Source: a virus
Length of the DNA: 64,000 nt
Reading direction: 5' to 3' (one strand)
IMG/VR virus record: IMGVR_UViG_3300036766_000837
Location: 32,001 to 96,000 of that record
Shown here: piece after piece, positions 46,391-54,837 of the stretch
Position numbering within the stretch: the first letter of the stretch is position 1
How the letters are laid out: each line of letters begins with the position of its first letter
Program-made: the position numbers and the translations under genes
The notes under the pieces: generated by a model
Databases searched by the model: none
Seen by the model: the letters and a program-made list of their open reading frames with translations, nothing else
Told to the model about the DNA's origin: nothing

Positions 46391-48175
46391 ACCGGATATT
46401 TCACCTCCCTTATCATTGGAAGCATCTTTGGTATGCAAAAGTGGAAATATTGTCCTTAACATTTCAACAATATTACCAGAACTATCCTTTTGCAACTTAA
46501 GCACCAAATCAGCCTTCTTTGCATCATTAGAAGTGTTAGGTCCTACAACCCTCCCTCCAGAGAACTTATGTCCCGAACCAAATGCCTTATTTGCGGCAGA
46601 AGCAATTTTTCTTCCTATCGCGGCCCATTGAGACATGGAATAACCACCTGCTTGTCTTTGATTGGGATGATTGAAATACACCATAGCCGCCCTTACCCTC
46701 GCCGAAGAATCTATCGGATATTTATAATTGGCAGGGTCGGCATATTGACTTCTATTTGTAGGTTTGCCCTTAGGAGGAGTCTTACTAGCATTGGTAATTG
46801 CTTTATACAAATCCTCTTCAGTCAAAGCCTCAAAAAATGCAACCTCTTCATCGTCATATATTTTTTTATATTGAACCTCATCATTAGATTTGGTGCGGCC
46901 CTTTAGGACTTCAAGTATTTTTTCGGCAGCCTCTTTGAGACCATCATAGGAATCCTTGTTACCTTCCGCTTTCATCGCACCCTGTTGCGGGCCTCCCTCT
47001 GGGAGACTAGTTTGTGTAATAAGTTCTGGGTTCGCATTTTCTATCTTAGGAGTTGGCGATACTTCTGTCATTTCAAATTGGTTTGTCTCCTTATTATATA
47101 TTTCTGTCTGATTTGTGCCACCTGTCATATCAAAATCTTCGGTAACAACATATTTATCTGGATTCTGTATCATCTCGCTGCCACTAATGTCTTCTGTATA
47201 TACATCGCCAGCCTTATTAAGTTTGAATTCGTCAACCATCTTTTTCAAATCACTCACTCCCAAAACTTCTGAAACCTCGCCAATCTTAATCATCATGGCG
47301 TCACAACTAACACATTCAATGGTAGTTGCTTCTATATTATCAGTCTTTGCAACATCACAAGGTTCACAATAAAATAAAGCACGGTTTTCAATAATCGCAT
47401 CCCCAACAGTTAATTCATCATCTTCTAACTTTAGCAAGGTAGCCCCTTTAGATATATCTTGGAATACTGTTAGGGGATTCATTGGATTATCTACAACCGA
47501 AAGTTCTGCTAAATGGTATTTAGTAATCCTCATAATATTTCTTACCGAATATTTATCGTCATTTACTGGTTTAACAATATCTGGCCTTCTTTCGAGAACC
47601 TTTCCTCCGACCGAATAACCGGAAAGGGTTCCATCTAAAACTTTCTGCCAGGTATCTTCTGCCCCTTTAGAAATTCTAGACTTTACCCATACACCGTTAT
47701 AAGAATTTCCGGATTCATCGGTATATTTCTTCTCTGAAATATCAATAGCTTTTCCAACCGCTATTGGCGCGTGCATCTCACGAATATTTCCAATCCAGGT
47801 TTTAAAAGCTTCTTGTGAGGCAGTAAAATCTACAACCTCCCCAACCTTATCAATATTGTCTAGAGTTGCAAAGCCCTCAACGGTTCTATCTTTAACGTTA
47901 ATTTTCGAGAAAGGAATCCCAAAAGCAATATTGTCACCATCAATTGCTATGGTTGCTTTCAGAACATCTTCAGTCATTTTCACCCACCTTTCTCCTTTTT
48001 TATGATATCCAGCATTTTTAACAGCAAACCAAGCAATTCTGGCCGCTGAAGAATCATCCGCCCCTCCACCCTTTGCGGAATTAAATGCCGAGGTCCATAC
48101 GCGTTTAGCGTGACCTGGAAGTTTTTTAATGCCGGGATTTCTGGCTTCCGCTTCTGCAACACTTTTATAGGGCAT
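45824..48175 (-). CDS. Prohead protease-scaffold polyprotein with N-terminal ChaB-like domain
   Basis: MPY...LP-x-HA-x3-W-x2-AFN (ChaB-like); REMH, GYSVGG, ELSVVDNP (protease); CxxC..CxxC; YADP-x-NYKYPID module; acidic tail. Confidence 0.85.
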   Translation of the reverse strand: MPYKSVAEAEARNPGIKKLPGHAKRVWTSAFNSAKGGGADDSSAARIAWFAVKNAGYHKKGERWVKMTEDVLKATIAIDGDNIAFGIPFSKINVKDRTVEGFATLDNIDKVGEVVDFTASQEAFKTWIGNIREMHAPIAVGKAIDISEKKYTDESGNSYNGVWVKSRISKGAEDTWQKVLDGTLSGYSVGGKVLERRPDIVKPVNDDKYSVRNIMRITKYHLAELSVVDNPMNPLTVFQDISKGATLLKLEDDELTVGDAIIENRALFYCEPCDVAKTDNIEATTIECVSCDAMMIKIGEVSEVLGVSDLKKMVDEFKLNKAGDVYTEDISGSEMIQNPDKYVVTEDFDMTGGTNQTEIYNKETNQFEMTEVSPTPKIENANPELITQTSLPEGGPQQGAMKAEGNKDSYDGLKEAAEKILEVLKGRTKSNDEVQYKKIYDDEEVAFFEALTEEDLYKAITNASKTPPKGKPTNRSQYADPANYKYPIDSSARVRAAMVYFNHPNQRQAGGYSMSQWAAIGRKIASAANKAFGSGHKFSGGRVVGPNTSNDAKKADLVLKLQKDSSGNIVEMLRTIFPLLHTKDASNDKGGEISGLENYEQVLEKIADIFEVAKREAEEVLKAFAGVQDLNSEDGAGKTVGSDPGEAGVGTSNANDGGATLNAVEVTVAKETALPAADVGPEKVTPDAISTDGVGADVGTNDFTPANVLPHADLGAAEQPEDLKKVIADYFDDKFSELAKRIDAIENSGGGKKSSEVNTEDLVKAETSDSIWGGAFYSDEWDK

Positions 48176-48183
48176 TCTAGTTC

Positions 48184-48213
48184 ATTTTATAGTTTTATTG
48201 TATAAAAATGCAA
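48184..48213 (-). promoter_or_regulatory. Promoter for a near-leaderless protease mRNA
   Basis: TTGCAT-N18-TAAAAT, 8 nt upstream of ATG 48175; no SD. Confidence 0.55.
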
Positions 48214-48215
48214 GT

Positions 48216-49811
48216 TTACTTTGCTGGTTCCTCTCCTAAATCTTGCGCTTCTCCCCGCTGTTTCCTTTGACCAATCTGATCGGCCGGACTGGGAGTTCGT
48301 GGTTTTGCTCCTTCTGATGTCTTCTGTCCTGGACCACCCGCATTCGGTCCTTTCTGGAACGGAAGCATGTCATCTCCCCCCAGAGTTGTTGGATATCCGA
48401 TTTCTGACCTAATCTCATTAGGTTTAAGGGCTTGAATTCTGGCATACCTATCATGGATTCTGGATTTGATATCTGCATCAATAATATTCGACTGAATGAA
48501 TTCCAACTTGAAGTGTTTAGTAAATTCCTTAACAATCTTATTTACCCTCTTCTCAATCCGTTTCTGTTCAGGCTCACATACCTGTTCTTTAAATGTTTTA
48601 TCCGCATCTCTAGAAACCGCAAGGTTCATATCCGAAAAAATGGAAACTTTGCCAGGTGGAACCCTATGGGCCATAAGAATTTCTGTTCTATTCTCCTTAA
48701 GGTAATTTATGAATGAAGATTCTTGAACCCCAACCTCAAGAGCCTTAAACTCCGCATCCACTTGCTGACCAATACTTGCAGGCAACGGAATGTATAGAGT
48801 TCCGTGGTTATTTCCCTTAAGTTCATTCCTGAAATAATTTATAAGATTTTCTTCCGCTTTTGCCGAAAGTTTCGCGCCCTTTAAAATGAAGGCGTATCTC
48901 GGTATCGATTTATTTTCGAAATAGTCGATATTATATTGTTTCGCAAGTTTGTCTCCCAAAACTGCCGAAAGCGCGGGAATTATATCGGGAATACCATAGT
49001 ATGTAGAATTCGGAGAATACTTCTTGAAATGAATTATTTCATTTGGTTGGTTATCATTCTTAAGCGGATTTGAAGTTTCGATATCTCCAAAATTCCTAAA
49101 GAAAGTATATTTATTCGAAACAAGTTGTATGAAGCCATCCCTTAACGCCCGAATCCTCATAGTTTGCCCCGGAACATGCCCCAAATAACCAATAGTTTCG
49201 TTTAGGTTTCTGCCAACTTCAAGATAGCCATTTCCCATAGATTCAACATCTGTCCAAACATTGGTCATTATTTCATTGAATTCTTCTTCTCCAGTAATTT
49301 CATCAACAGTTTCATCTAAACGAATCTTTTCTTGTTTCAATTTTTTCATCAAATCTTGGAGGTCTTGTTCTCCATTTATCTGGGCTTGTTCGATATCCAT
49401 TTGGGTTCGTGGATTCTCCACCCATTTATATCCCAACCCAACGATATTGATTGCCTTCATCGTAACCGCAGCATTGTGGGCAGCATTTTGCTCATATACC
49501 TTTGCCAAATTATCTAAGTTATATGGGGGAGAAACTATCTGTAAAATATCATACCCCGTAATAACCTCTAATGATTTTGCCTTTGATTTAACTCCATCAC
49601 TCTTTGCCAGTCTGGCGGCTCGCCTTTTTATATGTTGAGGAAGCCCCGTCATATCTAATTTCAAAAAGGGATCGGAAATCTTTTCCTTTCTTTTAGGAGC
49701 CTTTATATTATAAACTTCAATTTCAGCCTGTTCTCCCTCTAAATCTAAAGAAATCTCCTCAATTTTCTCTCCATGCTTAATAACATCATTGATTTCTTTT
49801 TTAGTTACCAT
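48216..49811 (-). CDS. Portal protein
   Basis: PPY, GNGYLE, EIIHFK, YYGIP, YF-x-N-x2-IP, HRVPP, PNEIR. Confidence 0.92.
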   Translation of the reverse strand: MVTKKEINDVIKHGEKIEEISLDLEGEQAEIEVYNIKAPKRKEKISDPFLKLDMTGLPQHIKRRAARLAKSDGVKSKAKSLEVITGYDILQIVSPPYNLDNLAKVYEQNAAHNAAVTMKAINIVGLGYKWVENPRTQMDIEQAQINGEQDLQDLMKKLKQEKIRLDETVDEITGEEEFNEIMTNVWTDVESMGNGYLEVGRNLNETIGYLGHVPGQTMRIRALRDGFIQLVSNKYTFFRNFGDIETSNPLKNDNQPNEIIHFKKYSPNSTYYGIPDIIPALSAVLGDKLAKQYNIDYFENKSIPRYAFILKGAKLSAKAEENLINYFRNELKGNNHGTLYIPLPASIGQQVDAEFKALEVGVQESSFINYLKENRTEILMAHRVPPGKVSIFSDMNLAVSRDADKTFKEQVCEPEQKRIEKRVNKIVKEFTKHFKLEFIQSNIIDADIKSRIHDRYARIQALKPNEIRSEIGYPTTLGGDDMLPFQKGPNAGGPGQKTSEGAKPRTPSPADQIGQRKQRGEAQDLGEEPAK

Positions 49812-50160
49812 TTTTTCTCTCCATACGTTTATCTTCTATCTCTATAAGAGCGGCGTCCTGTTCATCAGGAATTTCGCCCTCAAGAAGTCTTGCCATCTGC
49901 TCATCTGCTTCCATATGAGAAATCTTGCGCCCAATTCGCCAGGCGGGACGCCCCCCTTTGATTCCCATAGACCTAATCATTTGTCTCATCTTATATTCAA
50001 CAAGTTTATCCCCCATGGTTAAACTTTCTGAACATAAGAACTCTCCCCCTTCATTACCTACAAAAGTTCCATCCGGCATTACCCATACACATACATATTT
50101 CTGTTTATAGCCAGGAGGTAGCCACAATGCCTCACCTTTAAGTCCTTTTGATCTATTCAT
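49801..50160 (-). CDS. Hypothetical protein upstream of portal
   Basis: VWVMPDG...FL...GEIPD; overlaps the portal start. Confidence 0.6.
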   Translation of the reverse strand: MNRSKGLKGEALWLPPGYKQKYVCVWVMPDGTFVGNEGGEFLCSESLTMGDKLVEYKMRQMIRSMGIKGGRPAWRIGRKISHMEADEQMARLLEGEIPDEQDAALIEIEDKRMERKNGN

Positions 50161-50177
50161 TAGTCATCATCGTCTAA

Positions 50178-50207
50178 ATTATACAAAATCTGGCCCTACA
50201 AATGCAA
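50178..50207 (-). promoter_or_regulatory. Promoter of the head operon
   Basis: TTGCAT-N18-TATAAT. Confidence 0.6.
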
Positions 50208-50260
50208 ATTTTGTCGATATGAATTATTCAACAATCTGACTAAATTTGTTCAATAAACGC

Positions 50261-50284
50261 GGAGGCCCGCCGAAGCGGGCCTCC
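50261..50284 (-). terminator. Terminator/processing hairpin downstream of the tRNAs
   Basis: GGAGGCCCGC-TTCG-GCGGGCCTCC (cUUCGg tetraloop) followed by GCGTTTATT. Confidence 0.75.
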
Positions 50285-50313
50285 ACCCAGCCGTCGAAGC
50301 GGCCAGGTCTGCG

Positions 50314-50381
50314 CATCGGGCCAAGGAATCGAACCCTGTCTCACGGCTTTGGAGGCCGTTACGCTCCCCAGCGTGCCCGAT
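50314..50381 (-). tRNA. tRNA-Trp(CCA), atypical short D-arm
   Basis: Acceptor ATCGGGC/GCCCGAT, anticodon arm ACGGC-CTCCAAA-GCCGT, T arm CAGGG-TTCGATT-CCTTG; no encoded CCA. Confidence 0.75.
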
Positions 50382-50419
50382 AACCTACCTTGATTCGCAA
50401 AGCACCAAGCCTTCAACCG

Positions 50420-50491
50420 TCGCGGCGGCGAGATTCGAACTCGCGGCTTCGGAGAATGAGTCCGATATGCTACCTATTGCACCACACCGCA
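50420..50491 (-). tRNA. tRNA-Met(CAT), initiator-like
   Basis: TGCGGTG/CGCCGCG, D arm GTGC/GCAT, TCGGA-CTCATTC-TCCGA, GCGAG-TTCGAAT-CTCGC. Confidence 0.85.
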
Positions 50492-50494
50492 ATA

Positions 50495-50638
50495 TTATTC
50501 AACAGGTAAATATTTATGAAATTCATTACACTGTTCGCAATATAACATTATACTAGGTAAAAGTTCCCAAAGTTCAATTTCGTCTCCACATTCTGCAACA
50601 TATATTAAACTATAGTCATCTTCATGGTTATTCTTCAT
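50495..50638 (-). CDS. Small Zn-binding hypothetical protein
   Basis: ECG...CEQC...H; probable start MKNNH. Confidence 0.45.
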   Translation of the reverse strand: MKNNHEDDYSLIYVAECGDEIELWELLPSIMLYCEQCNEFHKYLPVE

Positions 50639-50640
50639 AT

Positions 50641-50865
50641 TTATTCCCCGTGAAATTCCATATAGTCTTCTTTGGTTGGCCATACTCCAGATTCCAAGCC
50701 AAGATTTTTTTCTATAGAAGAATTTTCTATAAAAATAAATAGTCCGTGATAATTTACAGGACATTTATTATGTGCGCCCCATGCTTCGGAATATGGACCG
50801 GCCGTAGACGGTATTTCTATCCCCCATCTTCTACAAAATGAAACTGACTTTAATTCTTGAGTCAT
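50641..50865 (-). CDS. Hypothetical protein
   Basis: ATGA-coupled to the GT2 gene. Confidence 0.5.
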   Translation of the reverse strand: MTQELKSVSFCRRWGIEIPSTAGPYSEAWGAHNKCPVNYHGLFIFIENSSIEKNLGLESGVWPTKEDYMEFHGE

Positions 50866-51533
50866 ACCAACCCCCCATATCTTTTAAGGGCATCAAGATA
50901 ATCATTTGGAGGTTCCCCATTCCAAGGAATCAAAAATATCTCTTGTTTGGGAGGGCCTCCCCACTTAACTGCATATCTTTCTCTATTTAAAGCAAAATAT
51001 CTTTGATGTTTTAATTTGACATCTCCCGGAAGCCTCTTAAGGGTTTCACTTCCCAGATGTTGAAGATTGGCGGGGATATAACCAACTTTATCTTTGTTTT
51101 TTATATCCATTCTATATGCGAAATCATTATCTTCAAAATAGGCTGGATAAAACCCTTCATCAAAAAAACCTACATCTGAAAAAACAATGGGATTAACCAC
51201 AAATGTATCCCATCCAGAACAATTTACCCCTTGTGCGCCACAAAACCATAAATCTTCTTCCACAACTTTATTTATTATTGTTTGCAAACAATCTTCCCCA
51301 ATAATCGTATCATCAGCAGAATAGACTATATAATTACAGTTCTCATTGATAGCTCTCTTAAATCCCTTATTGAGAGTAGTAGCAAGCGACACCTCAAAAT
51401 TGAAATTGGGAACAATATAGAATTCCTTGGGATATGGATAAGTTCTTACGATACTATCAAGATGATTAGGCATCAAATCCCAGTTTCCCACCGTTAAGGT
51501 TACAATCCCGACCTTTATCGAACTAAAATCCAT
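50862..51533 (-). CDS. Glycosyltransferase family 2
   Basis: N-x-G, SADD, VGFFDE-x-FYPAYFEDND, H-x-GS, KWGG. Confidence 0.85.
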   Translation of the reverse strand: MDFSSIKVGIVTLTVGNWDLMPNHLDSIVRTYPYPKEFYIVPNFNFEVSLATTLNKGFKRAINENCNYIVYSADDTIIGEDCLQTIINKVVEEDLWFCGAQGVNCSGWDTFVVNPIVFSDVGFFDEGFYPAYFEDNDFAYRMDIKNKDKVGYIPANLQHLGSETLKRLPGDVKLKHQRYFALNRERYAVKWGGPPKQEIFLIPWNGEPPNDYLDALKRYGGLV

Positions 51534-52647
51534 ATAATCCTCCATCAAAATTATACTTGGCAATCCATTGCTTCACAAGTTGTATTATCAATTCAATATC
51601 TTCATCTCTGAGCCACCAACCAACGGGTATACACACCATAGTTTCGAACCACTTGTCCAAATATGGCAATTTGGCTCTATATTCACTGAAACAAGAAAAT
51701 CTGTCATTCCTATTATGGGTTTGAGATACTCCCACCCCATTTTGCTTCATAAATTTCTCAAATTTTATCGGGTGAGGAACATGTATGGTATATAACCAGA
51801 AGGATGATTCTCTATCCTTGGGCCATTCAGGGAGAAGTTTCATCTGAACAAGTTCATCATATTTCGCGGCATTTTCTCTATGAGATTTAACAATATTCGT
51901 TGAGGCGTAGTGGATATTTGCAAGTCCTATCGTTGCATTGATATCATTCATATGAAACTTGAAACCTACCTCTGGAATATCTTGCCGACACCGCATAGCA
52001 TCACCGCTAGTTCTATCCAATCCATACCATCTCAAGAGTTTTGCTCTTTCATATTGCTCGGCAGGAGTAATAAGCAACCCTCCATCTCCAGTAGTTAGAT
52101 TCTTAATTGCTTGGAATGAATAACAAATATAATTTCCTCCGCCCACCGATAGGGGTTGACCTTTGTATGTAGCCATAAATGCATGGGCAGCATCTTCGAT
52201 TATTGGAATCCCATTGGCAACTTCTCTCAGGGTAGAATAGTCACAAGGTAATCCTCCCCAATCTACCACCATAATCGCCTTTATCTGATTTCTACCCCAA
52301 CGGTTAATAGCCCATTTTAACGATTCAGGAGACATATTCCCATACTTATCTACATCTGTCCAAACTATATCTGCCCCTCTTGCGGCAATAACTTCGTTCG
52401 TTGCTGAACAGGTCATCGGTGTCGAAATAATATAATCTCCTGGACCAACACCGATGAGATGGAGGGCAAGATATAAAGCCGAAGTTCCTGAATTTACGGT
52501 AACCCCATATTCAAATTGCAAACATTCCTTCAATTTTGATTCGAACTCATCTACCTTCGGCCCTTGACCGATATATCCAGATTCTAAAACTTCGCCAACC
52601 ATATATCTTGCCAATGGATTCATATAAACCTGGAATTGTGAGATCAT
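51523..52647 (-). CDS. DegT/DnrJ/EryC1/StrS PLP-dependent sugar aminotransferase
   Basis: GP-x-V-x2-FE, NSGTSAL, EDAAHA, SFQAIKNLTTGDGG. Confidence 0.92.
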   Translation of the reverse strand: MISQFQVYMNPLARYMVGEVLESGYIGQGPKVDEFESKLKECLQFEYGVTVNSGTSALYLALHLIGVGPGDYIISTPMTCSATNEVIAARGADIVWTDVDKYGNMSPESLKWAINRWGRNQIKAIMVVDWGGLPCDYSTLREVANGIPIIEDAAHAFMATYKGQPLSVGGGNYICYSFQAIKNLTTGDGGLLITPAEQYERAKLLRWYGLDRTSGDAMRCRQDIPEVGFKFHMNDINATIGLANIHYASTNIVKSHRENAAKYDELVQMKLLPEWPKDRESSFWLYTIHVPHPIKFEKFMKQNGVGVSQTHNRNDRFSCFSEYRAKLPYLDKWFETMVCIPVGWWLRDEDIELIIQLVKQWIAKYNFDGGLYGF

Positions 52648-52649
52648 TT

Positions 52650-53432
52650 TTACTCCATCCAGCCAGTCACATCTGATATTTTTAAATCTTCTGGAGGACA
52701 ACCATATATCGCATCTTCGCTCATCGCATCTCCTGAAAGTCTACCCATCTTCACGCTCAAAGCCTTCCTATGTTCTCGTCTATATACCGCAGGAGTCTTG
52801 AGATACCCATAACTCATATGGAGACCCGCCAAGTTATAAATATATTCTATATCCCAGGAATGGGCCTGGTCAACTGGTCTTGGAATCCATCGTAAACCTT
52901 CATCATGAATACAATTAGTCCTATGAACGAAACATCCTAGATTCCACCAATAAATATCATCTGCCTTAAGTTTTGTCACATCATAATTTCCCTTGAATCC
53001 CACCTTCCCCTCTGTGAAAGGATTTTGACCATCATAGAAATACATCGGCTCCCCGACAACAACATGATAGCTTGAAGAATTCTCAATAAATCTATTTGCG
53101 GCCCCTAAGAATTCCGGGGCAAGAATATCATCATCACAAAGATATACTATCAACTCATTATTTGGAATCTCTAAAATAACAACATTAGTGTTTTCTACAA
53201 ATCTTTGGTCGTTTGGGTCTATCCTTTGTTCTAGAGATATCTGAGGCGCCTTGCATAGTATCAATTTATCATTATCATATTCTTTGGATAATTCTAACAC
53301 ATCAAAATCCGAACCATCATCTAATACCCAAACTACAACATCTTGATGAGTTTGATTTACGATAGCACTATCTATAGCCTCACGAAGCATTCTTGGCCGA
53401 TTATAGGAAAAAAGACAAACATTCACGCGCAT
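52650..53432 (-). CDS. Glycosyltransferase family 2
   Basis: SYNRP, LDDGS, YLCDDD, HSWD, YRREH. Confidence 0.85.
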   Translation of the reverse strand: MRVNVCLFSYNRPRMLREAIDSAIVNQTHQDVVVWVLDDGSDFDVLELSKEYDNDKLILCKAPQISLEQRIDPNDQRFVENTNVVILEIPNNELIVYLCDDDILAPEFLGAANRFIENSSSYHVVVGEPMYFYDGQNPFTEGKVGFKGNYDVTKLKADDIYWWNLGCFVHRTNCIHDEGLRWIPRPVDQAHSWDIEYIYNLAGLHMSYGYLKTPAVYRREHRKALSVKMGRLSGDAMSEDAIYGCPPEDLKISDVTGWME

Positions 53433-54274
53433 GATTCCATCACTCCAAGAATCTCCTCAGATATAGGGGGCGGAATATAACCGGGCTTATATCTACCATA
53501 TTTATCTTTTCTTCCCAAAAGAGAACTTAATGATTTCTCATGTTCCCTTCTATACACCACCGGAGATTCTAAAACCAAAAATTGGGGATGCATATTCATC
53601 ATATCATTTATAAATCTGATATCTTGGCTATGCCCAAAATTATTACTTTGCCACCTTATATCTTCATCTTTGAAACACAATACTTTATGCGCAAATGTTC
53701 CCGTTCCCCAATATAAAGCTTTATCGGAAAAGTCTCCTGGCATCCCAAATATAGATTCGGTATATGGGTCTTGATTATCATTAAATGTAAATGCTTGGCC
53801 CACAGCCACATGCATCTTTGGAGTAGAATCTAGGGCTTTTGCCGCCCGACTTACCCAATTAACACCTAATATATCATCATCACAAAGATAATTAACTATA
53901 TCTTCTTTCGAAAGAGTTTCTATAACAGCATTTATATTATCTGATAACCTATTATTTTTAACTCGTTCAGTATTATCCATCTTAGGATGTTGATAATATA
54001 CAACATCAAAATCATGTTCTTTTAATATCTCATTATAGAAATAGTCTGAAGAAAAATCCGATCCATCATCTATGATATGCAAAATCAGAGTTTGGTCATT
54101 CTGTTTCTTTACACTATCTACCGCATCTTTAAGCATTCTTGGACGGTTATAACTAAGGAGAAGAACATGCGATTTGGAAATAGCAAGGCTACTACTGTCA
54201 TTAAGGGTTTGTTTATACCTTCCGATGGCAATTTCTCTTTGCTGTTCAAATTGAGGATCGGTTAATTCTGCCAT
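53423..54274 (-). CDS. Glycosyltransferase family 2 (tandem paralog)
   Basis: SYNRP, IDDGS, YLCDDD, HSQD, YRREH. Confidence 0.85.
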   Translation of the reverse strand: MAELTDPQFEQQREIAIGRYKQTLNDSSSLAISKSHVLLLSYNRPRMLKDAVDSVKKQNDQTLILHIIDDGSDFSSDYFYNEILKEHDFDVVYYQHPKMDNTERVKNNRLSDNINAVIETLSKEDIVNYLCDDDILGVNWVSRAAKALDSTPKMHVAVGQAFTFNDNQDPYTESIFGMPGDFSDKALYWGTGTFAHKVLCFKDEDIRWQSNNFGHSQDIRFINDMMNMHPQFLVLESPVVYRREHEKSLSSLLGRKDKYGRYKPGYIPPPISEEILGVMESCA

Positions 54275-54823
54275 TTAAGTCCCTTTATCAACCAATCCCA
54301 TTAATAGATAATCTAGATATTTCCCATCACGATATAGATGCTCAACCATCTTTCCTTCATATTTCATTCCGGCTTTTTCATATACCTTCCTTGCCTTTTC
54401 ATTAAGTTCTGCCACCAATAACCATATTCTGTGTAAACCCAAAACATTAAATGAATAATCAACTAATAAGGAAAAGGCTTCTACGGCATGTCCTTTCCCG
54501 CGAAAAGGTTCAAATGTGTCTACCCCTACACAAGCATTCCTATTTATCCAATCTATTTCATTTATTCTTGCAATACCAACATCTAACCATCCAACATCTT
54601 CTGGTTTTCGCGGAACATTATCCTTAGTCCTATATTGTGTAATAAAATACATATTATTATTACCAACTGTTTTAAACCATTCATCTTGATTAGATGGCCA
54701 AACAGGAAAGACTGAAGTTAGATAATGCCATGTCGTCGGATTGTTACGGTGCGCGGCCAATAAACGCAAATCTGTTTCTTCTACTACCCTGAAGGCATAG
54801 TTTTTCTTTTTGTATACTTGCAC
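54275..54823 (-). CDS. GNAT N-acetyltransferase (RimJ/RimL/PseH-like)
   Basis: RGKGHA, F-x2-LGLHRI-x-L-x-V-x3-N-x2-A-x3-YEK-x-G-x3-EG. Confidence 0.85.
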   Translation of the reverse strand: MQVYKKKNYAFRVVEETDLRLLAAHRNNPTTWHYLTSVFPVWPSNQDEWFKTVGNNNMYFITQYRTKDNVPRKPEDVGWLDVGIARINEIDWINRNACVGVDTFEPFRGKGHAVEAFSLLVDYSFNVLGLHRIWLLVAELNEKARKVYEKAGMKYEGKMVEHLYRDGKYLDYLLMGLVDKGT

Positions 54824-54837
54824 CTGTTCCCCTTTCT

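Noticed and set aside
50314-50491. tRNAs as a prophage attachment site
   Set aside because: Phage genes continue on both sides; no integrase or duplicated tRNA 3' end was seen.
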